A stretch of 64,000 nucleotides of DNA, from positions 64,001-128,000 of the IMG/VR virus record IMGVR_UViG_3300009506_000002; one strand, given 5' to 3'. Below are positions 1-10,793 of the stretch, one piece after another (position 1 is the stretch's first letter; every line of letters starts with the position of its first letter). The DNA comes from a virus. The notes under the pieces are model-generated. The model did no database searches, was not told the DNA's origin, and was given only the letters and a program-made list of their open reading frames with translations. A program made the translations under genes and the position numbers.

Positions 1-3000
1 CGTGTCTGGTTAGAAACGTTGTTCCAAGTCAGTCGGCTGTAGCCGTGATCAGCACTGCCCCAAGGTACGGTAGTAGCCTGGACACCAGACCAAGTTGTCT
101 GCCATGAGTTCCACTCGGTGAATGTCTGGCGTTCAACTGGCTCACCAATTGTCTTCTGCAATGTTGGCAGAGTGACGATGTCGACCCAGTAGTCGGTAGC
201 TGGCTTGAGGTCAACTTCACCCAGCCACGAGAACACGGCGTATGGGTTGACGTTGATAGAGCTTGATGCCTTGCCCTGCGTGATGAAGTCAACAACGGTG
301 TAGTCGAGCGTTACGCTGTTCTTGTGAATCTTGATATTCTTGTTGACTGGGTAGTTCGCATCGTACACGCGGTGAAGCGGTGCATTGTCGATTGTGAACG
401 GGCAACGTACCAGATTCTTCTTCATGTCAAGCGTTGCGCGGAAGTCTGCGTGCTGTTCCTGTGAACCAGCCCAAGAGCTGAAATCGTCAACAAAGATACC
501 GTGCTTGAACTTGGTCAGGCCGTTTGCATCAGTGATTGAGAGCTCGTCAGCCGCCTTCTCCAATGCGTTAAGAGAGGTGTAGTATTCCAGACCAGCAATA
601 CGGGTCTCGAGTTCACCAATATCTCGCATTGTGTAGCGACGGTTGTCAACTGGGGTGATTCCGACATTCACGTCCTTGAATGTGTAAGGAGTGATGTTCA
701 GAACAAACAGAGTCATCGCATCGTCGACGCCGTTTGGCTTGACAGGGTAACGTGATGGGATACCCTTCTTGACACCGAAGTTGCCTTTTGAGTCGATGTA
801 GACGTTGTCAATTCGTGAAACGTAGTAGTCGTACTCCAAGGTCATTGGGGTTGTGCCAGAGACGATGATGTCAGTACCAGCGCCTACGTAGTCAGATAGC
901 TTGCGACGGAAGTCGATGCAGTTACGCAGGTTGTACTCGGTCAGGCCATTCTCAGTCTTGTACTTGTAGATGACCTCATAATCTGGGTATGAGTTCGCAG
1001 CGAAGTATGAACCCAGCGGAGAAACACCGTGAGAGTAGTAGTTGTAGTTGACCTGATAGGTAACGCCAGATTTCAGGTTGCTTACGACACCCGGGCCATA
1101 GTAGTAATCGCGCTGGCCGTTGTCAAGTGTCACAATGTCAAGGTTGACAGGTGTTGCAGCGCCAGCAGGATCTTCGATGACCGAAGTCAGGCCAATAATG
1201 TCCTCATGGGTCAGTGTGATCTTACCGTTTGCATCAGCGGCAGTCTGTGTCTGTCCGACGGTGACCGCCTTGCTACGCGGGTTACCTGAGCCGTTGTTTC
1301 GACCGATCTTGACGACAACGTCGATTGTTTGACCAACCAGACCAGTCAGACCAGAACCTGAGATTGTTGCTGTGTCGTTTGAACCAGAGTTCGGAGCAGG
1401 TGTGGTGTAAGTCAGTGTTGAAAGGTCGATAGGAGTACCGTCCTGCTTAACAACCGCAACCAGGCCGCCCGCAGAAGCAGGTGTCCAAGTAGAGTCAGTG
1501 TCGTCAGCAGTCAGCACAACATCTGGTGTCGCTGAAACAGTCAGGCCAGTGTAGCTTCTCAGTACCTCAAAGGTTGACTGATTGAGAGTGATCTCCTTAA
1601 CGGCTACGCTTGAATCATCAACCGAGATGATTGGTGTGTTCTTGTTTTTGTTGCCGATAACTGGCAGGCCGTCTGCGTAGGTCTCAATGTTAGCCCATGA
1701 TCCTGATGAAGAACCAACGATTGAACGTGCTGAAACGAGGTAGTCTGTCTTACCTTCAGTGTCAGCCAAGAACACGCGCATTTCGCCAACGCTGTTTCGT
1801 GTGACGCAGGCGATTCGCATGGTGATTGGGTTTGAGTTTTTGTCGAGGATCTGAGTACCAGTTCCGCCAGCGCCAGTGTACAGGGTTACCTGCTCGTGGT
1901 GTGAAACGTCAAGCAGACCAGAGATGTCATCAAGGATACCATTCTGGGCGATGTCAACATAAGGACCGTACTCGACGTAACGGGTTACCTGATTCGCATG
2001 CTGGAAGTCACGACCCTTGTCAGTCTGAATTGTTGTCGACGCAATTTTCTCGTATTCGTAACCCAGGACATAGGCTTTACCCGGTTCGAGCGTTAGATCG
2101 AGTTTGGTGGCGTCTGAGCCATTAGTCTGGATGCGGATTGGGAAGTCGCGAACCGTGTAGTTACCTGACTCGTCATAGGTACGACGTGCCATTGTCTCGA
2201 GGATGTCTGCGTATTGTGGCTTGTCCTGATCAAGGATGATCTTGCCGTTCTTGGTGACAACCAGCGCAAAGAAGTTATCGTCAGCGTTGCCAATATCTGC
2301 ATCGGCGTACGATGAAAGCTCCAGCGTTACACGATAGCGGTCAGCACCTGGAGCGTTGAAGTTGAACGAGCCCTGAGCGGGGTCGAACAGTGTAGAGTCA
2401 TCAGATGAAGTTACGACATCCTCAACAATGGTGTAGCCGATGTGGTGGCTACCGGTGTTACCTTCAGCCTCAACAACGTGAGTCTGCTCGTTAACAATGA
2501 CGAAGTGACCATTTGAGTAGATGATGCCTGGCTCGCAGTTTGCGAATGTTGCTAGGCCAACTGAACCTGCGGTTACAGTAGCACGGAACGGAGTTGGGTC
2601 ATTAGTTGCGATGATGTCTGGTGTAACGTCATCAAACGAACCGCCCTTGTACTCAAAGTAGACGATCTTGTTGATTGTGTCAACATGAACAATCTCTGCG
2701 CTGGCATTTGATGTATCGCCAGTGATGGTCTTACCCAGGAAGTTGTTGAGGTCGATGTCAAGACCAGTGTCTGGGTCTAGTGCATCAACCTTGAGGAACG
2801 CGCGCTGGAAATTGACCTTGATGTTTGCGCCAAGGATCGGTGTGTTGTTTTTGAAGATGTGATTCGCAAACTTCGCGACTTGGTTCTGCAGCATTGTCTG
2901 CAGTTGGGTCAATTCACGCGCTTGAACCGCACGAGAAGGGTTGAACAGAACTCGGAGAAAGTTCTTCGCCTCTTCAAAGTCGTCGTAGTAAGGATCAGAA

Positions 3001-3017
3001 TTGTAAGAGTAAGCCAT
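1..3017 (-). CDS. VrlC/DUF4815-like large virion (baseplate/tail) protein, 5' part; runs off the window
   Basis: ATG at 3017 read by hand: MAYSYNSDPYYDDFEEAKNFLRVLFNPSRAVQARELTQLQTMLQNQ, the typical VrlC/DUF4815 N-terminus, with a later APGADRY motif. Absent from the ORF track, consistent with no stop inside the window. Confidence 0.85.
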   Translation of the reverse strand, partial: MAYSYNSDPYYDDFEEAKNFLRVLFNPSRAVQARELTQLQTMLQNQVAKFANHIFKNNTPILGANIKVNFQRAFLKVDALDPDTGLDIDLNNFLGKTITGDTSNASAEIVHVDTINKIVYFEYKGGSFDDVTPDIIATNDPTPFRATVTAGSVGLATFANCEPGIIYSNGHFVIVNEQTHVVEAEGNTGSHHIGYTIVEDVVTSSDDSTLFDPAQGSFNFNAPGADRYRVTLELSSYADADIGNADDNFFALVVTKNGKIILDQDKPQYADILETMARRTYDESGNYTVRDFPIRIQTNGSDATKLDLTLEPGKAYVLGYEYEKIASTTIQTDKGRDFQHANQVTRYVEYGPYVDIAQNGILDDISGLLDVSHHEQVTLYTGAGGTGTQILDKNSNPITMRIACVTRNSVGEMRVFLADTEGKTDYLVSARSIVGSSSGSWANIETYADGLPVIGNKNKNTPIISVDDSSVAVKEITLNQSTFEVLRSYTGLTVSATPDVVLTADDTDSTWTPASAGGLVAVVKQDGTPIDLSTLTYTTPAPNSGSNDTATISGSGLTGLVGQTIDVVVKIGRNNGSGNPRSKAVTVGQTQTAADANGKITLTHEDIIGLTSVIEDPAGAATPVNLDIVTLDNGQRDYYYGPGVVSNLKSGVTYQVNYNYYSHGVSPLGSYFAANSYPDYEVIYKYKTENGLTEYNLRNCIDFRRKLSDYVGAGTDIIVSGTTPMTLEYDYYVSRIDNVYIDSKGNFGVKKGIPSRYPVKPNGVDDAMTLFVLNITPYTFKDVNVGITPVDNRRYTMRDIGELETRIAGLEYYTSLNALEKAADELSITDANGLTKFKHGIFVDDFSSWAGSQEQHADFRATLDMKKNLVRCPFTIDNAPLHRVYDANYPVNKNIKIHKNSVTLDYTVVDFITQGKASSSINVNPYAVFSWLGEVDLKPATDYWVDIVTLPTLQKTIGEPVERQTFTEWNSWQTTWSGVQATTVPWGSADHGYSRLTWNNVSNQT

Positions 3018-3034
3018 GCGCTATTTGTCCCTTC

Positions 3035-3850
3035 TTAGAATTCCAGAACAGACTTGATTTCTTCAAACTGTCCGGTATTACGTGTAATTGGTGGTCTGTG
3101 TTCCAGGTACAGCAGGTTACCGCTGTTTGCAGTCAGATCGGCTGCAAGATAGTTATCATTCGTGCAAACCGCTGGTACGAGGTCCTCAGGATTTTCAATC
3201 AGTGCGATCTTGCGGTAGGTGACGTCAACTGGAAGATCTGTATCCAGAATCTTCGAACGGACAATCACATACTTCGCATTGAGGCTGTGAACTGCATTTA
3301 TATCGCCATTTGAAATCTGAAGAGCAGATTCCTTCGTGCCCCAGTTGACTGGGAGCCAAGCGCTAGACAGCAGGTTTGTCTGGTCGTATGCTGAGAGATC
3401 ATACATGAAATCCCACAGATAGCCGTCACCGTAGTCTGTGCCTTGACCAGTGCCGTTCGGTTCAGTTGAAACAACGCCACCACCTGCGGTTGCACAGCGG
3501 TAAACGTAGTTGTTTGAAGCCAGAACATAAGTGTCCTGAACCCATGGGTTCTCGAGGATTGTATCCAGAGCGACGTAGGTGGCACCTGACGTCCAGTCGA
3601 TTCTGCGAATGGCAGGGCAGATATCAGTGATGGCAATACGGTGGATGCCAATAAGTTCGGACCAGAAGGATGTTTTCTCATCAAGGGCAGTCGTTGGGAT
3701 AGGAGGATTGACTTCATCGACCCACGCTGTCGTTCCCGAAATACCTACGAATAGGTAGTTGCTGACGCTCGGCACCGCGTCAAATTTGTCAATAAAGTTA
3801 AGCGCATCGACTACTCGAAGGCTGTCATGTACGATTGCTGAAGATGCCAT
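3035..3850 (-). CDS. baseplate wedge subunit gp8-like
   Basis: RRIDWTSG, YVYRC, DGYLWDFMY and C-terminal LLYLEHRPPITR..Q.EEIK.VLEF motifs; downstream of gp6/gp7. Confidence 0.8.
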   Translation of the reverse strand: MASSAIVHDSLRVVDALNFIDKFDAVPSVSNYLFVGISGTTAWVDEVNPPIPTTALDEKTSFWSELIGIHRIAITDICPAIRRIDWTSGATYVALDTILENPWVQDTYVLASNNYVYRCATAGGGVVSTEPNGTGQGTDYGDGYLWDFMYDLSAYDQTNLLSSAWLPVNWGTKESALQISNGDINAVHSLNAKYVIVRSKILDTDLPVDVTYRKIALIENPEDLVPAVCTNDNYLAADLTANSGNLLYLEHRPPITRNTGQFEEIKSVLEF

Positions 3851-3889
3851 TTACAAATCCTCTGGAATTATTTTAATTATTTATGCGAG

Positions 3890-5092
3890 TTAGACGATAG
3901 TCACTTCGCTTGGGTTAGAGTACGGGAATGACACATTCGCATTCGTTGCAAAGATGTCAACTGCCAGCGCGTCAAAGTGTTCGGCCAAGAACAGAGCGTC
4001 AAACGGGCTAAGTTCGCGATAACGTTCAATGAAGGCGTACGTCCAAGCCGCTGCAATTGCGCTAGATACCCAGCTCTCCAGCCAAAGGTTGTCGTTTGGT
4101 TGCACAAGCGCGCCAGCGCCTTTCTCCCATGAAATCAGCCACTCTTTACCTACTGCGCGAGTGATTGCGCCAGCTTGCGAGAGCAGACCATCAAGGAAGT
4201 CAACCACGCCAAAGAAGATCGTACCCGCTGGGTGAACGTTCTTGCGGATTGTTCTCCAGTAGAAGTCTGATGACAAACCGCATCGTAGCTGGTAAGAATG
4301 CTCTTGGTAGTAGTAGTTGTCCTGCAGGTACTTGTTTGATGACAGGAAGCCATCAGTGTTCGTCCAGTTACCGTCCTTGGTGTCGATGATAGAAGCACCT
4401 GCAGTCGCAACCGCGGTCTTGATAGTAGGTGAGTTCTCATCGTGCAGGTAGCGCAGCGTCTCATTCTCAATGAAGGCGCCTACGTTCTCAGATACGATGA
4501 GTGCCAACACTGGCGGCAGTACCGGATTCAGTGGGTCATCATCTGGGTGAACTGCTTCTGTGATACCTTCAACGTATGCGGTGTCGCCGGATGAAAGTCC
4601 GATGATCTCCTTGAAGAGCCAGTCCGCAGCCAGTTCGTTGATGGTAGGGAAGGTGTCGTCATTCTTGATGACTGTCAGGTGGGTTGGCTTATGCCACTTA
4701 CCGTCCGAACAGCGCAGGATGTCAACTCGAGGGTAGTAGAACTCGATTGGTTCGTCAAAGATGGTACGGAACAGGAACTTGAACGAATTCTCATTACCTT
4801 TCTGCAGGAAGAACTCGCGGATGTGTTTGATGACCAGCTTGAGGTCAGCTCGCACGCTCTCAGGCATGTCTGGAGCGTATTCCTTTCTCCACTCTTCAGC
4901 GAAGTCGTTGATTGAGTTATCAATGTCTCGTGTGTAGACGATCTTGGTCAGCAAGTCATACGGGTTGCCTTCTTGCTCAAGGAACTCGAAATACTTGGTA
5001 ACAAAGGTGACGAATCCGGAGTGGTTTTCCTTGATGAAATCCGGAATCATTCGCTCTGCGAATATTGATAGTTTCTTACTTTCTGCTGTCAT
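3890..5092 (-). CDS. baseplate wedge initiator gp7-like
   Basis: P.FI.E....FV.F...Y.EFLE, KG.E.S.KFLFR..F, SDGKW, LQDNYYYQ..SY, VHPAG..FG. Confidence 0.75.
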   Translation of the reverse strand: MTAESKKLSIFAERMIPDFIKENHSGFVTFVTKYFEFLEQEGNPYDLLTKIVYTRDIDNSINDFAEEWRKEYAPDMPESVRADLKLVIKHIREFFLQKGNENSFKFLFRTIFDEPIEFYYPRVDILRCSDGKWHKPTHLTVIKNDDTFPTINELAADWLFKEIIGLSSGDTAYVEGITEAVHPDDDPLNPVLPPVLALIVSENVGAFIENETLRYLHDENSPTIKTAVATAGASIIDTKDGNWTNTDGFLSSNKYLQDNYYYQEHSYQLRCGLSSDFYWRTIRKNVHPAGTIFFGVVDFLDGLLSQAGAITRAVGKEWLISWEKGAGALVQPNDNLWLESWVSSAIAAAWTYAFIERYRELSPFDALFLAEHFDALAVDIFATNANVSFPYSNPSEVTIV

Positions 5093-5095
5093 CTA

Positions 5096-6841
5096 TTATC
5101 TCAAGAAGTCTGATGTGATGGTAACTTCACCTTCGGCCAGCAGGATGTTTCGAGCAGAAGCCACGTTGTTAGAAACTGGCTGTGCTGAAAGTGTTACCTT
5201 GTTGCCAATTGTGATGTCGGCATTCCAGTTGTCAAGGATGACCTTACCTGTGTCGTAGTCAATCGTGTGCTTGTTTGATTCACCCAGCACAAGGACGTCG
5301 TCCATGTACAGGTCAACATTGCCAGCAGAGTCATCTTTGAACTGGTATGTTCTGCCAGCAACGGTAGTCCATGGCTTGCTGATAAAGGTGCCTGGAACAA
5401 TAGAGTTCGCAAACTCAAACTCGTAGGTGAAGAAGTCAAGTGTGTTCGGAACGAACTTCTTTGAAATCATCAGTGAGGTTTCGTTGTTCACGATGGCATG
5501 TGCTGCACCGTCAATCGCAGCCAGCAACTTAGAATAGTTGAGGTTTGCATCGAAGTTGCTGGTCAGGTTAGTTGAGAAGTATGCAGTGATCGACGCAGCA
5601 ACAAGCGCTTCCAGCTCTACCTGCGTTTTGGTAGTTGTCTCTTTATCCCAGATGAACTTCGTTGCCGCATCAATGTAGATGTAGTCTGGGTCAATAACCT
5701 CAGGAACAATACCCACAATCTTGAACTTGTCAAGATAGTCGACGACTGATTCCTTGACCGCTGTCGTAGTGGTTTCGCCGTAGTCAGGTTTGATTGAGAT
5801 GAACACCTTACCGAAGATCTTTGGCACATTGCGCTCGCCACCCCAGACGTTGAGACTTTCAATCCAACCGTACTTGTCAAGCAAGATTGCTCTGTAGTCG
5901 TCCTCAGTTACAGCTCGTCCCTGAGCCTGATAAATCTTCGGCGCGATATGGCGGATACTCTCAATTGATTCTTCAGCGCTGCCGCCTGCTGCTTGGCTAA
6001 TTGTCTCGAGGATGAACAGGTTGGTCGCATATCCACCAACCGGGTTAACCAAACTGAATACGTTCGCATAGTTTGCGTCCTTGCCATCAGTCACAAGGTA
6101 ATCGACAATGACCTGATTCTGGTCAGTCAGTTTTGAACCAAGAACGCCATCGCCAAAGTAGATCTCGACCTTGCCATCTGAGGTCTCTTGCATAAAGTAA
6201 GCCTTGCTGGTCGGACCGAGGGATGTGATGTCAGTAGATAGCTTCCACTCAACCGCAGTAGAATCGTCTGCTGCCGCGGTCGCTTTGACTCGGACCGTGA
6301 TGTGATCAAGATCAACGGTGAACTTGTCTGGCAGGATGAATGGCTTAGGAGCAGTCACATCGTAGTTGAAACGGAATGTCTGGTATCGACCTTGCGCAAT
6401 GTCAAAGCTCGCGTTATAATCACCACCGCCTTGATCAGTCAGGCTGTAGGCGTCTGTAGTGACAAACTGGTACGACTGACCGTCAATTGACGATACGAAC
6501 TGGGTGCCCTTTGGCACCTCAATGCTGGCAGGTGATCCTGCAGGGTTGAGAATCTTCAAATTGATATTCGCCACCGCTGCCTGACTCTGACGCGGCATGT
6601 AGCCATGCTCCTTAGCGCGTGACACGATTGAAGAACGAAGCTGTGCAGAATCCATGAAGATTTCTGAGAAGCTCATGTTGCCATAGACGCCCATGTAGTG
6701 GGTCACGTATGTAAGGATGTCCATCAGCACAGTGATACCTGCGCCTTCAAACTCAAAGTCGGTAAACTCAGGCTGTGACTTCAAGAACGTTACGATGTTG
6801 TTCTTGATTCCTTCAAAGTCGAGTTCGGTTGTAGCTGCCAT
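5096..6841 (-). CDS. baseplate wedge subunit gp6
   Basis: LDFEGIK.N, DFEFEG, SAQLRSSIVS.AK..GY.P, YFGDGVLG, QGRAVT..DY, GKVFISIKP. Confidence 0.92.
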   Translation of the reverse strand: MAATTELDFEGIKNNIVTFLKSQPEFTDFEFEGAGITVLMDILTYVTHYMGVYGNMSFSEIFMDSAQLRSSIVSRAKEHGYMPRQSQAAVANINLKILNPAGSPASIEVPKGTQFVSSIDGQSYQFVTTDAYSLTDQGGGDYNASFDIAQGRYQTFRFNYDVTAPKPFILPDKFTVDLDHITVRVKATAAADDSTAVEWKLSTDITSLGPTSKAYFMQETSDGKVEIYFGDGVLGSKLTDQNQVIVDYLVTDGKDANYANVFSLVNPVGGYATNLFILETISQAAGGSAEESIESIRHIAPKIYQAQGRAVTEDDYRAILLDKYGWIESLNVWGGERNVPKIFGKVFISIKPDYGETTTTAVKESVVDYLDKFKIVGIVPEVIDPDYIYIDAATKFIWDKETTTKTQVELEALVAASITAYFSTNLTSNFDANLNYSKLLAAIDGAAHAIVNNETSLMISKKFVPNTLDFFTYEFEFANSIVPGTFISKPWTTVAGRTYQFKDDSAGNVDLYMDDVLVLGESNKHTIDYDTGKVILDNWNADITIGNKVTLSAQPVSNNVASARNILLAEGEVTITSDFLR

Positions 6842-6842
6842 A

Positions 6843-7235
6843 TTATCTTACTCTTTCCAGTATGAATGAAATTTTTACGGGTGTATCCAATCCCAGAACT
6901 CGGAAGTAGATAACAACGTCATAGGCGTTCTGATCTTCGTTGTAGTTCACGTTTATTGAGACGATCTCACCACGAGGTTCGTGCTTCTGAATAACGTCAC
7001 GTATATCTTTGGTCAGCGCATCCTCGATGATCGGGGAAACTGGCTCAAAAAGATAGCCGCGCGCGTTACTACCGAGGTAGTGCTGGAACGGTCTCTCATA
7101 GAAGTTGGTCAGAACCAACGTCTTGATTGACTGCTCGACAGCTCGTTCGTCAGTAACTTTGATGATGTCGCCAGTCACCGGGTGAGCCTTCATGCTCAGA
7201 TCAATGTCGACGTAAACCTTACGAGTGCGCTTCAT
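6843..7235 (-). CDS. baseplate wedge subunit gp25
   Basis: AV.QSIK.LVLT..YERPF....GS.....LFEP and EPR motifs. Confidence 0.9.
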   Translation of the reverse strand: MKRTRKVYVDIDLSMKAHPVTGDIIKVTDERAVEQSIKTLVLTNFYERPFQHYLGSNARGYLFEPVSPIIEDALTKDIRDVIQKHEPRGEIVSINVNYNEDQNAYDVVIYFRVLGLDTPVKISFILERVR

Positions 7236-7247
7236 AATGAATATTTA

Positions 7248-8216
7248 TTACGTCTGTTGCTGGTTAGGTGCGCTGACTGGAACACCTAGGTTACCAATGT
7301 GATCGTGACCGTTGTAGGTATCACGCATTTCTTGCATTGTTCCGTTCGCGTCGTTAACCTGATCAGCCGCCTGAACACTTGCGTCGGTTGAAATATTTTG
7401 GGTTACATGCAGTCTACCCTTGATTGTGTGCAGTGGAGTCTCCTCGGTCACGTTGCCAATGACCTTAAGGTTGCAGTTGCCTGAGATGGTGATATTGCAC
7501 TCACCCTTAATGTGGACATTCTTCTTGCCAGCCACAATCTCATAGCTGTCCTTGACGATCTTATGTACCTCAGTTCCATCCGGATGAACTTCACGGAAGG
7601 TACCTGCTCTATGGTAGTCATGAATACGCTCTGCACCCTCGGTGTCGTCAACTTCAAAGATGTGGCCGCTCTCGCTCTCATGAACGTGATTGAAAGGATA
7701 CTTCGCTGCATACGGAGTTTCTGGCTCGCTCCATTGGCCGCCAGTAGACGTAGGCACATTCTTGTCAGTGCCACTCTTCTTGCCTGGAACAATTGTGCCT
7801 TCAGTTACGCCACGCGCCAAACGGTTGGTGTCTGGCTCACCTTTGTAATCCTGCTTCGGATACTTTTTGTTTGGGTCACCAAAGCCCTCTTCTGTCTGCT
7901 CAGGAACTATTCCTGGAAGCGTGCCAAAGTACACGAGGTTTTGAAGCGCTGAACCGTCACGCGAATAGCCGACAACCCAAGTGCCCTCAACTGGCCCTAG
8001 TGGCGTTTCACCAATTCCGTGCATGTTAGCATTCGTGATAGGACAAACAGGGTGCGCCCAAGGCAGTGAAGCGACAGGGATACCCTCGCCAGTTTTATCA
8101 TCAGGCACGAGTTTTTCGGAGTGGAGACCCACAATGCGCACGCGCACGCGACCCAGCTCTAGCGGATCGTCACGGTCTTCGACAACTCCTTCCCATAGGT
8201 AAAGTCCTTGCATCAT
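7248..8216 (-). CDS. baseplate central spike gp5-like (OB fold plus beta-helix, no lysozyme domain)
   Basis: GVVEDR.DP..LGRVRVR..G.H, LPWA, YP.NHV.ESESGH..E.DDT.GAERI; only 322 aa; C-terminal HxH. Confidence 0.88.
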   Translation of the reverse strand: MMQGLYLWEGVVEDRDDPLELGRVRVRIVGLHSEKLVPDDKTGEGIPVASLPWAHPVCPITNANMHGIGETPLGPVEGTWVVGYSRDGSALQNLVYFGTLPGIVPEQTEEGFGDPNKKYPKQDYKGEPDTNRLARGVTEGTIVPGKKSGTDKNVPTSTGGQWSEPETPYAAKYPFNHVHESESGHIFEVDDTEGAERIHDYHRAGTFREVHPDGTEVHKIVKDSYEIVAGKKNVHIKGECNITISGNCNLKVIGNVTEETPLHTIKGRLHVTQNISTDASVQAADQVNDANGTMQEMRDTYNGHDHIGNLGVPVSAPNQQQT

Positions 8217-8219
8217 GTG

Positions 8220-9497
8220 TTATACCTTCTTCAGGCTGCCCTTGCGTAGTTCAAGGACCTGTGTGTATGATTCTGCTGTGATGACATGCTTGATCTTTGA
8301 GACCAAAAACTTGCCAGACAGATGGCTGTTCATTCGTGGCTTACCGCTGTTCTCCTTCATGGTAGAAGGGATATCCAAGTTGACCACGTTCGCCAGTACG
8401 TGACTTGTGTTACCTGTCACCTCAGCATAAACGATGTAGTTGTCGAGTTGTTGGATGCGTGAGCGGTGAACCTGTCTCCATGGTGTGTCAGCTTTTGAGT
8501 CGTTCTCGTAGTGATATTCACCTGGGAGAATAACCGTAGCTTCCTTGGGGCTATTTGAGCGTAGTCCAGTGAGTGAGCCAGTATCCACAGTCGCGAACTT
8601 GGCGAAGCTGGCTTCATAGTCAAACTCTTCGATGCGGATGTTCTTGTTGATGATGTCGTGATAGATGTATCTGTTGCCGTACAGGCCAGCAGATGCGTTT
8701 GCCAGTTGATCGAAACAGGTAGGCAAAACGAGCGACAAAATCTGGCGGGGATCAGAACGTCTGATTGATTTTTCCTTGTCAGAGAACTTTGAGAAGTCCG
8801 TCATGGTCAAGCTATTGATGGCCTTATTCTTGTGCAGTGCATCCTCGATGATGGTTGAAAGCGCAACAAACTTGAAGCCGTCCTTGTCCTCATAGAACAA
8901 GAAGGTTGAGTCCTTATCTTTGGTTGGAGAACCACCGTCAAGAATATCTGACTGTGCCAAGTGGTTAATAAGCTGAAACGGTGTCCAGTTCGGGCATACC
9001 ACGTTGCGGTCAAAGCGCGACTTCTCAACATACAGCTTCGACGCTGCAATGTCAAGCATATTCTTGCAGACGTTCTCAACAATCTCTGATGCGCGCACTC
9101 CTTGCTCTTCACTGCCAAACGATCTACGCAGGCGCTTCTGCTGATTGAGAATGAATGGCGCAGATGCGAAGAACAGCTTGTAGGTTACGTACTGCTTTGT
9201 GCCGTTAAGAGCATAGTCCTCGCACTTGTAGATGAGGAACTCCTTCTTGAACTTGGCCTTGCTGTTTGTGCTGATTGTGACCACAATCTTTTCTGATCCG
9301 TCACCAATTATCGGGAGAGTCTCGGGCAGATTGTGAGAGTCAAGGAGCTTGACATATCCACTCATGGCGTTCGCGAAGATGTCCTCGTAGAATACCATTT
9401 CTGTGAATACGTGACGGATGTCCACAGATGTACCGTTACGTTCAATCGTCATAGACTCGATGTGAACGTTATTTTGCTCGAAGCCTGTTTCACTCAT
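8220..9497 (-). CDS. baseplate hub protein, gp27-like
   Basis: YEDIF...MSG, LPIIG.E, P.WTPF..I..LA, FLFYE...GFKF, SGKFLVSKIKH; lies between gp53 and gp5. Confidence 0.7.
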   Translation of the reverse strand: MSETGFEQNNVHIESMTIERNGTSVDIRHVFTEMVFYEDIFANAMSGYVKLLDSHNLPETLPIIGDGSEKIVVTISTNSKAKFKKEFLIYKCEDYALNGTKQYVTYKLFFASAPFILNQQKRLRRSFGSEEQGVRASEIVENVCKNMLDIAASKLYVEKSRFDRNVVCPNWTPFQLINHLAQSDILDGGSPTKDKDSTFLFYEDKDGFKFVALSTIIEDALHKNKAINSLTMTDFSKFSDKEKSIRRSDPRQILSLVLPTCFDQLANASAGLYGNRYIYHDIINKNIRIEEFDYEASFAKFATVDTGSLTGLRSNSPKEATVILPGEYHYENDSKADTPWRQVHRSRIQQLDNYIVYAEVTGNTSHVLANVVNLDIPSTMKENSGKPRMNSHLSGKFLVSKIKHVITAESYTQVLELRKGSLKKV

Positions 9498-9963
9498 TTA
9501 GTATTGTCTCAAGTTCTTGTTTGATCAGGTCAGTGTATTCAGGGCGGAGAATCTTGATCTTGCGCTTTGCTTCGTTGACCAGCTCCTCATAGTTGAGGTT
9601 TGATACGCTGGCAGCGCCTACGGTGAACTCATCTACTACGTTGCCATCTAGCTCGTAGTGATGCACGCCAAAGCGACCACCGTCGTTGACGTACTTCTCA
9701 TCCACGTAGGCGAGAAGCTCTTTTGACGACAGTACCCAATCATAGAATGGGTCGATGATGTCGTTCATGATCATGATGAGGATATGATACTTCGGGTCAC
9801 TGTAATATTTCAGTGCAATGTCCTCAATCTTCTGACCCTCGTTGATGATATGAGTCTCGAAGATGGCGATGTTGTCCTTCAGATATTTGTGAATTGACAA
9901 GCGGCGCGAGATGTCGGTCAGGATACGACCATCATATACGATTGTCGGGAATTTGTCAAACAT
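9490..9963 (-). CDS. baseplate wedge subunit gp53
   Basis: MFDKFP.I.Y, IA.KYY, N.IIDPFYDW, HHYE, YE...NE.KR.IKIL.P; start placed at ATG 9963. Confidence 0.88.
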   Translation of the reverse strand: MFDKFPTIVYDGRILTDISRRLSIHKYLKDNIAIFETHIINEGQKIEDIALKYYSDPKYHILIMIMNDIIDPFYDWVLSSKELLAYVDEKYVNDGGRFGVHHYELDGNVVDEFTVGAASVSNLNYEELVNEAKRKIKILRPEYTDLIKQELETILNE

Positions 9964-10793
9964 TAGAACCAACCCTCCGAATCAATATTGTCGTAGTCCT
10001 GTGAAGTGATACGCTCCAGTTCTTTGAACGTCAATTCCAGTTTGATGGCAATAGGATCGCCGCCCTCAAACGTAGACCAAATCTGGTTTGGTGTTGAATC
10101 AACATTGACCTGCGTACATGCACACTTCTTGAAGTTGTGAATGATCTTACCACGCGACTTGTGCTCGATCTCCCAATAGTGCGGATACTGAATCCAACCA
10201 TCTGACTGAGAGCGTGGGACAGAGTGATACTTGAACGAGCGGATGATCGCCATTACAGCGCGCAATTCTTCCTCTGATTCTGGCGCAAGTAGGAAGTTGA
10301 AGGTGAACTCGCGGAAGCCAACGCCCTTGAAGAACAGCTCTGTGTTAGGGTTGATGATTTGACCCTGACGCTTTGAGATGATCTGTGCAGTTTTACCACC
10401 CAGCGCGGTTTGGGATGCAACACGAGTTGCGACGTCCTTCAGCTTGTTCATTGAAGTGTCGGTGACTAGGTTGATAAGCGCACCAATGAGGCCAGTCTCA
10501 GTTTCTTCCCAGTTGATCGCAGTGTTCGACAACATCTGATCAGGGTGATATAGGTAGATGGCCTGTCCTGCAGTGAAATTGATTTTTGCTTCTGCATTCT
10601 GGTCAGGTTGGCTCGTCGTAGACGTAGCCTTCGGCGCCTTGTATGAAGAAGGTCTGTATGGTCTGAACATTATCCAGTGATTCTGGGTGTTCTTTTCGGG
10701 GAACACTAGCGGTGAGTCGAATCCAATTCTTCCAGATTTGCTCTGCGCGCTGGCGTGCTCTTTCGCAGCGATAGGATCGTATGATGTTGCCAT
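9963..10793 (-). CDS. baseplate tail-tube cap gp48-like
   Basis: INPN.EL.F.GV.FR.F.F.F.L.P.S.EE and L.LTFKE motifs; start placed at ATG 10793, directly after a late promoter. Confidence 0.82.
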   Translation of the reverse strand: MATSYDPIAAKEHASAQSKSGRIGFDSPLVFPEKNTQNHWIMFRPYRPSSYKAPKATSTTSQPDQNAEAKINFTAGQAIYLYHPDQMLSNTAINWEETETGLIGALINLVTDTSMNKLKDVATRVASQTALGGKTAQIISKRQGQIINPNTELFFKGVGFREFTFNFLLAPESEEELRAVMAIIRSFKYHSVPRSQSDGWIQYPHYWEIEHKSRGKIIHNFKKCACTQVNVDSTPNQIWSTFEGGDPIAIKLELTFKELERITSQDYDNIDSEGWF

